From positions 4,154,001 to 4,218,000 of the forward strand of contig NC_043016.1 in NCBI RefSeq assembly GCF_006345805.1: a stretch of 64,000 bases of DNA. Direction: 5' to 3'. The translations under genes and the position numbers were made by a program. The notes under the pieces are model-generated. The model worked only from the letters and a program-made list of their open reading frames with translations, ran no database searches and was not told the DNA's origin. Positions 12,791 to 25,740 of the stretch are shown piece by piece (position 1 is the first letter of the stretch; the number at the start of each line of letters is the position of its first letter). This DNA is from Octopus sinensis. Taxonomy: Eukaryota.

Positions 12791-14049
12791 GTTGTTTGTT
12801 AACTGCAATATAGGCAATTTCTATGAATATATCTTAAAATAATTTTACAATTAAGTGAAATGAGGAAGTAGAATGGTCTAAGATTAATTAGTTTTCCATT
12901 TTGATATATATTTCTATGTGAGAGAGTTGCTTGTGCTTGTCTATGTGTGTATGTATGTGTATAATATGTCTATAATACAAATACATTAAATAATATATTT
13001 GTATGAAGTAGGCTTCATTGTGTTGTTTCTAATCCTTTGTGTAACCAATGCCATCCAACACTCTGTGTGTTGTTCTTTTATATGTGTATCTATGATTTTA
13101 ACTGTGCTTGTCTGTCTGCTTACACGAGTTTGTCCATAAAAATATATTCAGAGATGCATGTATGTATAAGAAAGATAAACTTTGACTGCCATGTTATATA
13201 TTATATATATAATATATATAATATATATATATATATATATAATATCATAGAATATACTACTAAGCTGCCAATTTTTTTCTAGCTTTAATGGCAATTATTC
13301 TGTATATATGTGTGATGTTCTGATACATTAGCAAATAATTCTTTGATACACAGGTATCAGCACTTATTTTAAATATTCTTGTTTAATGAATGGTACTTCA
13401 GTGCTCAGCTGCTGAGAAAATACAATAGTTTTGTGTGTGTTGGTTTTTTTGTTTAGTTATTTAAGATGTTTAATATACTTGTCGAGATTAGTACAAGAAA
13501 AATAGGACTATTGTTGCTACATTGTCAAAGGTCAAGTGATATTCACTAATCATCATGATTTGGGTTTTTTCCCCTCCAATTTTTAATGCTTAGCTTCTAT
13601 GGTTGTTATTTTTTCTTTCAAATATCTTCCTGTAATTTTCTTTAAGGAATGTTATTTGTATTGTTTGCTGCTTGGTTTCAAAAATTTGTTCTATTTTTTT
13701 ATGACACTATGCTAGGGATTCTTTATTTAGCAATATAGTTGGATCATTGTGAACCCATTTTTTTTTTTCCCAATTCTATTGTATTCTATGTATTCTATTG
13801 TGTGTGTGTGTGTGTGCTGGTGCTATGTTAAAAAGCACCCAGTACATTCTTTAAAATGGTTGGTTTCACGAAGAAACTAGGGCAAAGCATACAGTAAAGC
13901 TTAGCATGTATGATAGGCCCAAGGTTGGACTTACAACCATATTTTAAACTTGTATATCACTTTGTCACATACATATATAGATAGGTAGATATATGTACTT
14001 ATGTGATACAAAGATAGGAAACAAAACACTGTGAATACAGTTGAAGAAC

Positions 14050-14900
14050 AGCATGTGTACACGCACACACACACATACACACGCAAAATACACCAATATC
14101 TCTTACATGTTTTCCTATGGCGGTTTTGCTTATTCTACCTTAAAGTTTCTCTTAGGTTATATTATTTTATTTGGCTTTTTTCTGAGTAAGGGAGAATATA
14201 ATGATTAACGTCATTTATACTTAGTGTTATCATTATACCTAAAACCCTAACTACAGTTATAACGTCATAGAGACATATACACATGAAACGCTATGAATAT
14301 TAATGACATGTATGTTGAATATTTTCTTCGTGTCCTTTAAACCACTATAAGAAAATATAAATTAAGGATTACAGAAATGCATACTTATTTATGCTCAGTT
14401 GAAAAACAAACGTGAAGAGAAACATTTTCTTTTAATTAGTTTTATTATATAAATATAACATTTTATATTATTTACAGTAGGAAAGAAAGATAACTTTGTT
14501 GTGTAGAAGAACGACTATAAATTCATTAACTAATTTCTTAATTCTAACTAATACATTAACCAACAAATCAAAATAGACTTGTGATTAACTTTAGACATGG
14601 CATGAAAATTACCGATGTCTCAAAAGAGTGAGTGACATGGAGTTCAGTGACATCCAACAAACACTGAAGTTTTCCCCAAATCCAGGGTTTTTATAACTGC
14701 TCAACTTGACTAAAAAGAATCGAAATCCATGACAAATATTCTTTACGAAACTTTTAGAATCTTTATAAGAGCAGTTATATTAACCAATGGAAAAAAAACG
14801 AAAATAATAATTCTTCGACAAAGACATTATGTCATATTGCCAATTCGCACCATATTTCAAAATGGCTAAAATGGTTATTGCTACACATGCAAAATAGTTC
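14050..14900. promoter_or_regulatory. CpG-retaining non-repetitive segment, possible promoter
   Basis: About 15 CpGs counted by eye against a strongly CpG-depleted background; CCAAT motifs near 14783 and 14840; no TE recognised. Confidence 0.3.
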
Positions 14901-15636
14901 AATAAGTTTAATACTTGAAAAGAAGAGAGAGGTGTTATTGACACTTTGGATTTTAGTCCTTCAGTTGAAAGAAAAGGCAGTGAAGGAAAAACATATGGAA
15001 AGAGGAAGAATGAGAGAGAAAGAGTGAGTGAGAAATGTATATAATAATTATAATTGAGAAAAGGAGCAAAAAGAAGATGAAAGGCTATAAGCTATTGGTA
15101 AGTAGGGGTATGATGGATGCTGTCCTTTAAGATGGAATGGGAAAGGATGGGTGGGGGTGTCAGAGTGTGTAGACTCAATAGCAGGCATGTGGTGAGGTAT
15201 ATTTGTGTGTTTGGTTGATATGTCTGTGTATATATGTGCAAATTTGGTGAACTGGTGAGAGCATGAGTTTGTGTATGTGAACAGGTATGTGAACGAATGT
15301 ATAAACCAATGAGGTAGTATAAGGTGGTATTGTCAGTTTGAATGTGAATAGTACAAGGGTGGGGAAGAGATAGAAAGAGCTTATGTACTTGAAATGATCT
15401 TGGAAGAAAAAGTTAAATTTGAGAGAGTAAAAAGGGCATCTGCATGTAAGTTGGAGAAAATGTAAACTTAGAGCTAGAACATGTATTGTGAAAGAGGAAG
15501 CTGAAATTAAAGCCATTTTTGTAAAAAAGAAAAACCAAGCCCAAGAGATGGAAGTATAGCTAGAGAAGCAAGGTGTGTCTGTAAGTGCTTTGAATGTGTC
15601 TGACTTCATTGAAAGTTCAAATGTATGAGTATATCT

Positions 15637-17258
15637 ATCATCATCATCATCATCATCAATGTCTGTTCTCCGTGCTGGCATCGGTTGGATGGTTTGACAG
15701 GAGTTGGCAAACTGGAGAGCTACACTCAGTTCCATTTGTTTGGTATGGTGTCTATGGCTGGATGCCTTTTCTGACGCCAGTCATTCCAAGAGTCTAATGG
15801 GTGCTTTCTATGTACCACTGGCATGGGTGCTTCTACATTCCATTGGCACAGGTGTCTGTTATGTGACACTAGAATTGACCATCACTACAATTTCACTTGG
15901 CTTAACTAGTCTTCTCAAGCACAGGATATTGCCTAAGTGCTTGGTCACTTGTCATTGCCTCTGTGAAGTCTAGCATTTGAAGTTCATTCCTCACCACCTT
16001 GTCACATGTTGTCCTGAATCTACCTCTTCTACAGGTTCCCTCCACAGTTAGAGATTGGCACTTCTTTACAAAACTGGCCTGATCCATATGCACACACGAC
16101 CATACCAGTGCAGTTGTCTCTCTTTCACATCACATCTGATGCCTCTTATGCCCAGTTTTTTTCTCGAGACACATATGCTCTGTCATATCTGCACACTAGC
16201 ATATTAGCTTTATTGCTTTCAAGCTTACGCATGCCCTCTGAGTCACAGCCCATATTCCACTGCTGTGTAGTATGACTGTTTGTATATAGGCATCATGCAA
16301 TCTGCTTTTCACTCTGAGAGAGAGGCCCTTTGTTGTCAGCAGAGGTAGGAGCTCTCTGAACTTTGCCCAGCTTATTCTTATTCTCACAACTATGTTCTTG
16401 GAGTATCCACCTCTGCTACTAACTTGGTCTCCTAGATAATGGAAGCTATCTACTACCTCTAACTTACCCACCTGGCAGTTGATGGAATCTATTTTCTGTA
16501 CATTTTCGGTATTTATTGTTTCTGTGCATCTTCCACACACAAAAGCTATTTTTCCTGTTAATCTTCCTCTAATATTTCTGCACCTCTTATGTGTCCATAG
16601 CTTACACCAGATACATCTTATGGAGTTTCTATCTACACCTTGTTTATAAACCAAAGAGCCTGGAGGCTTTTGCGATTTGTCCTCTTTCTTACTTCCTAAA
16701 ACTTTGATTTTTACTAAATTAGCTCTAAAGCCCCATGGTTTTTGTCCTTGTTTCTATACCCAAAACATCTTCTCTAATTCTGGTAGTGATTCAGCTATAA
16801 GAACAAGAACATCAGCATTGAAGAGCTCCCAGGGGAAGCCTGTTTTAAATTCCTCTGTTATTGCCTGCAGGACTATGATGAACAAGAGAGGGCTGAGGAC
16901 TGATCCTTGGTGAACCTCTACTTGTACCCTGAATTCATTGCTATACTCAATGCCAACCCCTGACTTACTGACAGCATCCCTGTACTTGGCTTGTACAGCT
17001 CCCAGTAACTATTCATCTATCCTTAGCTTGCACATTTACCACCAGATAAGGGAGCAGGGACTCAAAGGCTTTCTCCATGTCAACATGAGCCAAGTACTAG
17101 GGTTTATTTTTGGCTTGGTACATGTTTTGCAGTTGCCTTAACTGGAATATATCATAACCGGTGCCTCTCCCCTGCACAAAACTAAACTGCATCTCATCTA
17201 GACTAACTCTCTTCCTAATTAGTTGGGCTATGACCCTCTCTGTAACTTTCATCACCTG
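15637..17258 (-). mobile_element. RTE family A, decayed, 5'-truncated, with (GAT)n tail
   Basis: QVMKVTERVIAQLI..LDEMQF, NSIRCIWCKLWTHKRC, GRGRFRTTCDKVV fragments; tail at 15637-15657. Confidence 0.9.
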
Positions 17259-17267
17259 TAATATATA

Positions 17268-18390
17268 TGTGCACAAGAAAACTGTTGTCATGTACCAACC
17301 TGCCCCTGGTAAGCAGTATAGTGTACCAAATATCTATGTGTATGGTAAACGGCTTGATGTAGTTGATCAGTTTGTCTACCTGGGAAGCACTATTAATAGA
17401 TATAGCAATTTGGATGATGAAATTCCATACAGAATTAGGAAAGCAAGTGATGCTTTCGGAAGGCTAGAAAGGCGCCTCTGGAGTCGGCGAGACATATGCA
17501 GAAAGACAAAGATAAAGGTGTACAAAGCATGTGTGCTCCCTTCTCTTCTCTATGCCTGCGAGACGTGGGTCACATATCGATACCACCTTAAACAACGGGA
17601 ACGTTTCCATCAGATGTGTCTCAGACGGATCTATAGCATTAAGTGGGAGGACCGCATCAGTGATCTCGGTGCGAAAGTATAAAAGCTCTTGTGTTAAAGC
17701 AAAGGCTTAGATGGAGTGGTCGTCTGGTCAGGATGAAGGATTCAAGGATGTCAAAACAACTCTTTTATGGAGAGTTAGCTCAGGAAAACAACCCCTACAT
17801 AAACCAAAAAATAGGTATAAGGACTTGCTGAAGGTTTCCTTAAGAGATGCTTGCATCTCTCCTGACACATAGGAGGGCATAGCTATTGATCATAGCAGGT
17901 GGAGAAGGGTTGTGCACGAGGGGACAGTTATTTTTGAGAAATCTCGAGTTGCACATGAGAAAGTAAGGAGAGATGTCAGGAAGGGCATCGCTGTTACACT
18001 TCTAGATGGGAAGGGTCTTCCTATGATGCTGACATGCAGTGTCTGTGCAAAACCCTGCCTCAGTAAAGCTGGACTCAAGAGTCATCTTCGTAATCATAGA
18101 GCGAGACAGATGAGTGACAACCTGGCCACTGGTGGTGGTGTAACACACCATACTAATAATATCTGTCAAGCATGTGGAAGAGAGTCTAATTCGGCAGGAG
18201 GACTTAAATGACATGCAAAGGTACATGAAGCCCAGTTAAAACTACAGCTGGCTATTACCGGTAAAGGTTTTAGCTGCCAATTTTGTACAAGACATTGTAG
18301 ATCTTTGGCTCGGCTAAAAAATCACATTTGATCACAGCACCAATAATAGTTAAGATTCATGCAATGGCCATACTCGATAACAAGGGGGCA

Positions 18391-18399
<9 letters not shown>
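17268..18399 (+). mobile_element. RTE family B (BovB-like) 3' fragment with three C-terminal C2H2 zinc fingers
   Basis: KTVVMYQPAPG..FVYLGSTI..EIPYRIRKASDAFGRL..LLYACETW, then three C-x2-C-x12-H-x3/4-H units at 18035-18340. Confidence 0.88.
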
Positions 18400-18444
<45 letters not shown>

Positions 18445-18494
18445 ATATATGTGTGTGTGGTATATATGAATAAATATATGCTTGTGCATATATA

Positions 18495-18533
<39 letters not shown>

Positions 18534-18540
18534 CTGTACA

Positions 18541-18572
<32 letters not shown>

Positions 18573-18916
18573 CATGCATACACACACAGACACACTGACA
18601 CACGTGTTGTTGTATTTAGGGATGGTCATGTTATTTTTTCTTTTGCTAATTATACACATGCACTATTTACCTGATCTTCACTTCATAGTATTTTTAATTT
18701 ATATGTCTGTCAAAATTCTTTCTTCACATATTCTGTGACCTTATCAGTGACACTATGTCCCATGTGTCTTCTCTTGTCCTGCTTATTCCCTTTTGTCCTG
18801 CTGTGTTTGTATCTCTATCCGTACATATATGTGTGTGTGTATGTGTGTGTATTTACTATGTGTGTGTATTTACTATGTGTGTGTATTTACTATGTGTGTG
18901 TATTTACTATGTGTGT
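18397..18916. repeat. Compound (TA)/(TG) microsatellite and a 17-bp minisatellite (atttactatgtgtgtgt x4, 18851-18916)
   Basis: Direct reading. Confidence 0.9.
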
Positions 18917-19470
18917 CCTGTATGCATGTATATGAGTTTGTATTACACTGTGCCTGTGTCTTATCTATTTATGTTTTTATTTATTATTGTTTCATTTCTT
19001 TCTTTCTTCCATCTTTAGTGCTTGTATGCATGTCTTGTTTGTGTGTTTAAGGGTTTATATATTACACTGTTAGTACCTGTGTCATTTATTTTTCCTCATT
19101 CTGTGTTTAGTTGTCAGGTTGCCGAGTGTGGTGGAGTGTTATTACTCCATTCATGTTTTCTGTTGAGATTCAGTCTATCTTCTATTATGTGTGTGGCCTC
19201 CGTAATCTGTCTGTTCTATGTGTCAGTAAGATCCTAAACTGTATGTTGTCAATTGAGCCTCCATGTTCTAATTAAGCACATTGGTAGAGGATTGATGAGC
19301 TTTTCTACCTGAGTTCCTGTCTGTATTAAATTATCTGGTCACCCATGCTACATGCTGTCTCTCCAACGTATGTTGTTGTCCTGTTTCTGCACCATCCCCT
19401 TGTACTGCTAATACTATAGACTACTAATTTTACAACTAGCTTATCTTTACACTGTGTATATAATATATAT

Positions 19471-19507
<37 letters not shown>

Positions 19508-19542
19508 TAGATATAAGAGGTATTGAATGATGTAAAATGCAT

Positions 19543-20268
19543 GAGAGAAAATGCACTGGTGATGCATAGGAAAGAGGAAAGCTGTATGTGGAAGTGTTGA
19601 TTGCTTTAACTAGATGCAGCTTGCAGAAGAGGTAAGCCCAGGAAAACACAGGATGAAGTTGTGAAATCTGATCTCATGCTGCTGAATAGATTAAAAGGGA
19701 CTGACAAGATTGGCAATGTGCTCTACTGAGGAAGACCTAGCCATTGCAGCAAAAATAATATCCTAAAACAAACTTGGATATATTTCTGCATATGGGTCTC
19801 TCTCTCTCTCTTTCTGCCCCTCCCCCCATTATGCTTTTACCCCACATCTCATCGCCTAACATGCTCCAGCATGTCACCACCACTTCTGTCTTCTTCCCAG
19901 CTTTCCAACCATTCAGCTTTGTATCTCTATCACAAGCCATCTGGGTTTGTTCTTGCTGCACCTTTATAGCTTCTCAACACCTGGGATACTTCCCCCCTCG
20001 AATACTCCCCACCTCAAATATAGTCATGGTGACTTTTGTTTGTTTTCTCCCTTCTTTTCCATTCCCTGCTCTTTTTCTTTCTTCTTGTTCCTTTTATTTC
20101 TGCTTTGCAAGTTACTTAGCAACTTTGTTAATGCTGATTCTACAAAAAGAGCACCCAGTGCATTCTGTGATGTGGATTGGGGCTTGGTGTAACTCTGTGG
20201 CTTGCCAAATCCTATCAAATGGATCCAACCTAAGCGAGCATGGTGGTGGTGGTGGTGATGATGATGAG
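19543..20268 (+). mobile_element. Degenerate RTE family A 3' fragments (19543-19752; 20130-20268)
   Basis: RGKPRKTQDEVVKSDL-like remnant and family 3' UTR ending in a (GGT/GAT)n tail. Confidence 0.6.
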
Positions 20269-20602
20269 GATAAATAGGCATGTACAGTCATATTTAACAT
20301 TTCTTTATACATTTGGATGACAAAATACATGCTCTGTAGAAATTGTCTTGAGAGAAAATTCTCGTAATAGATAATTGTGGAAAATACTCCTTTGAGCTGT
20401 GAATGATATTATTGGGTCATAGGTTTCCTGCATTTCTGCATCTTTTGTGTTATCATATGTAGATACTGAGCAATCTTTTGTAGCCACTAAAAATAGCTTG
20501 TTCTTATATTAGAAATGCAAATGTTATGCAAACATGTATTTACACAAACACACACACACATACACATATAGATACATGCACGTGCATACACACACACATA
20601 TA

Positions 20603-20825
20603 CATGGGATTGGTGAAAAAAGTTCCTGACCTTAAGGGTATTGTGAAAGGCTAGCTGGAGGCCCAACCTTCTAAGTTCTTTTACGGGGATTAGAAAAAAT
20701 TGAAGGGCCACTGCAATAAGTGTGTGAACCTGAGAGGGGAACATGTTGCATAAAATCATAATCAACTGATACCGCTTGTATCTTCTTTTACCCGAAGCCA
20801 GGAACTTTTCAGCCCCACCCCCTAG
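20603..20825 (+). mobile_element. Mariner-derived MITE
   Basis: TA-flanked TIRs (..tgaaaaagttcctgac / gccaggaacttttcagc..) enclosing a remnant of the mariner C-terminus (FFYGD*KKLKGHCNKCVNLRGEHVA*). Confidence 0.75.
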
Positions 20826-21229
20826 TATGTTTGCATATATGCACATAAATACACCCTCATGTATGTATCTATGCATGTATGCATTAATACATGTGCATGC
20901 GTGCACACCCTCGTACATGTTTGTTTTTGTGCATACATTCATACAGATACACTAATAAAGTCACTGATATATTCACATGACTTGCGCACAGACACACACA
21001 CATATACACCTTGCTACTCTGGCTATCCTTCCACCCCTTTGATTTGAGGAAAACTTTATCAAGCTGGAAGTAGCTAACTGTAGCTGCACTATACAGCATT
21101 AAATGAAATACGGGTGTGTACAATTATATTTAGCATGTTCATACACACGTGGACAGTATGGGGAGTCTGGTTTTTCATCATGTACAAGGGTCAACAGATC
21201 AAATTATCAGTTTGGGAAATGTTCTGAAA

Positions 21230-21715
21230 CAAAATTCATTCTCAAGTGCTTGTACTGGTCTTTATCTTTGCAATCATTAATCCTACCCAAGCTTGACCTT
21301 CTTACTTTCAATAATTGTGGTCTGTGGCATTTTTTACATATCGTGCTATGTTGTTTTCTTCTACTCTAATGTTGTGTTCGCATCCAATCAGTCCTCTTCC
21401 CCCAGTCTGTCTGTGCCACTTTTTGGGTGGAGTGTCCTAAATCTAATCAGCAACTTCCTTGTCTTTCTGTCTAAGCTGTTTAGTTTGTCTACTGTCCATG
21501 CGGTTACCCCTGCTCCATATCTAAGGAATGAAACTGCCCAGGTGTTGATAGCTTCAATCTTATCCCATCCATTTAATTTCTACTACAGGATCAGTCTCAG
21601 TCTGTGCATGTACTCCATCTTAAATTTTTCTGTCGTTTCTCCATCAATTTATCCATTTCCAATATCCCTAAGTACTTATAGCCCATCTTTTCTATTTACT
21701 TCATAACTCCCCCAA
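21230..21715 (-). mobile_element. R4/Dong-clade non-LTR retrotransposon fragment
   Basis: GYKYLGILE, KIEAINTWAVSFLRYGAG, LDRKTRKLL..LHPKS..DRL, GGRGLIGCE on the minus strand. Confidence 0.85.
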
Positions 21716-21751
21716 TGGTATCAATAGCCTGTTGTTGCTGTTGTTGATGAT

Positions 21752-21942
21752 GAGTGAGAGAGCAGTGCATGCCATCAAAGTGGCACTGGGGTAGAAATTT
21801 ACAAAGCCCAGTATATCCACCATGACTACCCGTCTGATAAGGGTACACCAAGTACATGCATCACAACCATATGTGCACGACATGGTGATCTCATATCAAG
21901 ATAAACAGCACATGGCCCTTTTTATTATTATTATTATTATTA
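21752..21942. mobile_element. Unclassified non-coding interspersed element X, internally deleted
   Basis: About 165 bp matching one end of the 51984-52540 copy in opposite orientation; microsatellites on both flanks. Confidence 0.75.
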
Positions 21943-21944
21943 TT

Positions 21945-22146
21945 GTGTGCTGGTGGTAAGTAAAAAGCACCCAGTGCACTCTGTAAAGTGGTTGGCATTA
22001 GGAAGGACATCCAGCCCGAAAAACTGTGATACAACAGGCAATTGGAGTCTGATCAGCTCCCTGGCTGGCCAGCTCCTGGAAAACTGTCCAACCCATGCCG
22101 GCATCGAAAATGGACGTTAAGTGATGATGATGATGATGATGATGAT
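21945..22146 (+). mobile_element. RTE family A 3' end
   Basis: aaaagcacccag...ccatgccggcatcg...gttaagt(gat)n. Confidence 0.8.
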
Positions 22147-22861
22147 CACTTGCATAAATATATAATGATGGTGGTAATAGTGGTGCTTGTGAAAGTGGTG
22201 GCAGCAGCAACAACAACTGTTTCTAGTAAGACATTTAAAAAAAAATTTAGTTCAATAATATTTGAGTGCATTGGGTATCACATATTTTTTTACGCAAAAT
22301 CCTTGAATGTAAATAGGAGCAAGATGGATAGTTGTCAGCACTTTTTCTCTTGGGGTTGAAGAACTATAACTTCAGTATAACTAATATTATTGTTACAATA
22401 ATCGTATATAGTTACACTTCTCTGTACAGATACTCACATATTAAAATATCTATAGACGCACACGCATGCATTTTGAAATTCTTGTTTTCTTAGGGGTTAT
22501 TTTTTTTTGTACAGAAAGTTTACAATTTCATCAATCACCATAAAAACATTAAAAAAAGCAAAAGGTCCCAGTATGATAAGCAAGCACTTGTTACAATTAT
22601 GTTTCTGAAGTATATGGAGAATATGAAGGAAACAATAAAATTGTATCCTATGAAGTAGTTGGAGCTTTATTTTCTAGATCTACTCTTTGCATGTGTGTGT
22701 GTGTGTGTGTAACTCTGAATGTAGTCTTGGGAAAAATGTAGGTTCTGTTTCAATACCACCATTATAAAGCTTTGAATGTTAGAAACATAACACTTTTATC
22801 AGAGTTTAGAGTTTTGAAGTTCACTGATATATTTCTTATGCATTATCCCCTTTAATATGTA

Positions 22862-23309
22862 CTACCAGTATAGCCCGGCGTTGCTCGGGTTTGTTCTTTT
22901 TAGTTGCGCTTAAAACAGCAGACTTTGATGTCAAGTTAACAAAATTTTGACATAGTTTCAATCTTTTTTGAAAAGTAAAAATTTTGCATTATGTAGCTTG
23001 TTATTCTCTTTAAGTGAACATTTTTCTGGTTGAAATACACCGAAAAATGGCGACACAGCAGTCAAAAAAGTCGTAAAAAATAGGAATTTTCGTAGAAAAA
23101 AAGCACCTTTTTGATGTAAATAATTTTTGGTGTTAACATGGTCCGATTTGAATTTTTTCTTCTACGGAATGAAGAGCAAGCCTACTTCTATCATACTCTC
23201 AATTGTGGTCAACTTGCGCTGCAAGGTCTCGGAGGAGATAGTGTTAGTTGAAGGCTACCAAACCTGCCCCACACACGCACACTGGCAACTTCAGCTTTAT
23301 ATACATAGC
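22862..23309 (-). mobile_element. Non-autonomous Helitron
   Basis: Minus-strand 3' hairpin cccgagcaacgccggg followed by degenerate CTAG|T; same terminal hairpin as 30861-31809. Confidence 0.75.
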
Positions 23310-23329
23310 TTGGAGTTGTAGTCTTATGG

Positions 23330-24760
23330 TTAAAACAGAACCTGGTGAGCCATGGACCAAATCTATGGATGGAGTAAGATTTTAATCAGATAGGTGATAT
23401 GATAGTGAAATGATATGATAAATAGACTCATAATATCTTAGAGATAGGCTTGAAAGAATGGAAAAAAATGGTTAAAATAAGAAACAGTATGTGGTAATTA
23501 GAAGGGAAGTTAGACATTAGGTTTACTTATCAAGAAACAAGTCAAGTGTTTTTTGCATGTTGGTAACACATGGGTTAGAGGCCTGAGCTGTTCTGGTTTG
23601 TAAGACAATGAATCTGAATATCATTGTTGAAAATGGTATCAGCACTCTCACTGACACTAATATTTGAGAAGGTGGCATGGAAATGCAAGAGGATAGAGAA
23701 TGAAGAGAATATATAGGAGGAAAAAGAATTATCCCAAGCAAACCCAATAAATAAACCAGCTATTAAAATTGATGGCTGAGATTTCATTGAAGGACATGAA
23801 AGTAAGAAAAACAGTTGAATGACCAAAGATAGTTGTTGAGATATTGAATATATCCTTTGAACTAAGGTATGCATCTACCACTTAGATCATTTCCAATAGC
23901 TGATTTAGTATTACCATCATCAATTACGGGAAGGGTAAAAGTGATGTTTTTAAAAGAAGTAACCACAGAAATTTAAAACTATTGAACCCAGTTAATACAG
24001 AAAGAGCTGTAGTACAAGTAATTAGAGAAAAAAAAATTAACTTAGATAAAATACCATTTTTGTTTGTGCCATGATGCCACTGGTCCTCCTTTTGAGCCAA
24101 ATATAAAAGTTCTTAGCAAAGTGCTAATCTTTGATGACTTAAAGAGTACCGTACCATGTAGCTAGGTTTGTCACTGAGAAGAGTAGATACAGATGAATGG
24201 TTTGTGTACATTATATAGGCATGCTGTCAGCAAGGTGAGTGAGCAATATCAAAATTTGACTCTCCTGGTCATAAAAGAAGAGTATAAACTGGTTCAAACT
24301 TGAATGCTGGTCACATAAGTCTAATAACAGACAGGAAATAAAACTTAAGGTTGAGAGGTTCCAATGCGAACCAACAAAAGTTTTAGTTACAGAAAGACCG
24401 GATCCTGCTGCCATATGAGGAGTGACCAATTTCAATATGCAGAAGTCAAGTAGGTAGGAATTCTATGTGTTACATCCATTATAAATTATGATTGTACAAG
24501 AGATATTATGGGATCACAAGCTGACTGATAGAGAAATAAGATTTCATGTCTAAAAGGTGAATAAGAGTAGTTAACATTGAGAACTCAAACTCTTCCAAAT
24601 GTTTGGTGGGGTTCCCTAAAAGTAATTGACAGCTTTTGTATTGACAGCTTCAATAACCTAATTTCAGGGGACTATCACCCTTGTAGGTAACATAAAGATC
24701 CTTTCTCCAAATGAGGGACTGATTATTTTAACCTTATGAATAAAGCGAGGTGTTGCATGA
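23330..24760 (+). mobile_element. Old CR1/L2-like LINE remnant
   Basis: Broken translation resembling the (L)ERVQRRATK and upstream linker motifs of CR1 ORF2. Confidence 0.5.
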
Positions 24761-25097
24761 TAACAAACTATGGGTATTGAATATAAATTGTGTATGAAAA
24801 TTGAAGCAAAATGGAGTAACTGCCATTCGATGTGTAATATTAATAAGCACAAACAATGAATCAGACATATGTATAAGAGTAATTAGATGGAATGTTAAAG
24901 ACAGAAGACTAAGCTGTTACAGATATTTGATAGAGTAAAGAAATGCAAAGCAATCTAAAAGAACCTTGCAGAACAGTATAGCTTGGAAGAAATAGTAACG
25001 GTTAATCTAAGCATGCTGGATCTCATAACATTTCAACAAGACCCCTAAAATTGTAAGTTACATTGAAACCATGCAAGCATACAAAATTAGACCTAAA

Positions 25098-25315
25098 ATA
25101 ATCTTTTCTACTCTAGGCACAAATCCTGAAATTTTGGGGTAGGGAGCTAGTCGATTAGATCAACCCCCAGTACACAAATGATACTTAATTTATCAACCCC
25201 GAAAGGATGAAAGGCAAAGTTGACCTCGGCAGAATTTGAACTCGGAACGTAACAGCAGATGAAATACCATTAAGCATTTCGCCTGGTGTGCTAACATTTC
25301 TCCCAGCTTGCTGAT
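25098..25315 (-). mobile_element. SINE family 2
   Basis: gaaaggatgaaaggcaaagttgacctcggcagaatttgaactc core; well preserved. Confidence 0.85.
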
Positions 25316-25399
25316 TTCAATAGATGTAAAATGATGATCTTGAAGATGCATATCTTCATAATATATATCTGTGTTTATTGGTGTATATTTTTATGTATG

Positions 25400-25740
25400 C
25401 CAGTTTTACAAGTAAGGAATTTTATTTCACGTTGTTGAAGGTGTGAAGCTGCAGGTTGTTTGCTGACTGTAGAAATGGCATCAACACTGCCTGCATTGAG
25501 CAACTTTTGTAGAGCTCAAATGTAAACAAGCACACAGACACATGTATGTGCTCATGCTTACATGCACACTCATAGACATATGCACTCACACAATTAATGA
25601 GTTGTTTTTGTTCTTTTTACTTTCCATCTGCCAAATTCGTTTACAGGATTTTGGTGAGCTCTAGGTTATGTAGAAGGCACCTGCCCAAGGTGCTACACTG
25701 CAGAACTGAACTCTTGTTGGGAATGAACTTACATTCGTTA
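25400..25740 (-). mobile_element. SINE family 1, degenerate
   Basis: tagaaggcacctgcccaaggtgc is the reverse complement of the family central segment. Confidence 0.55.

Noticed and set aside
18322-19050. Cluster of Y/I/V/C/H-rich ORFs (also 2979-3203, 9178-9534, 38475-38690, 43546-43912)
   Set aside because: Translations of (TA)/(TG)/(TAA) microsatellites.
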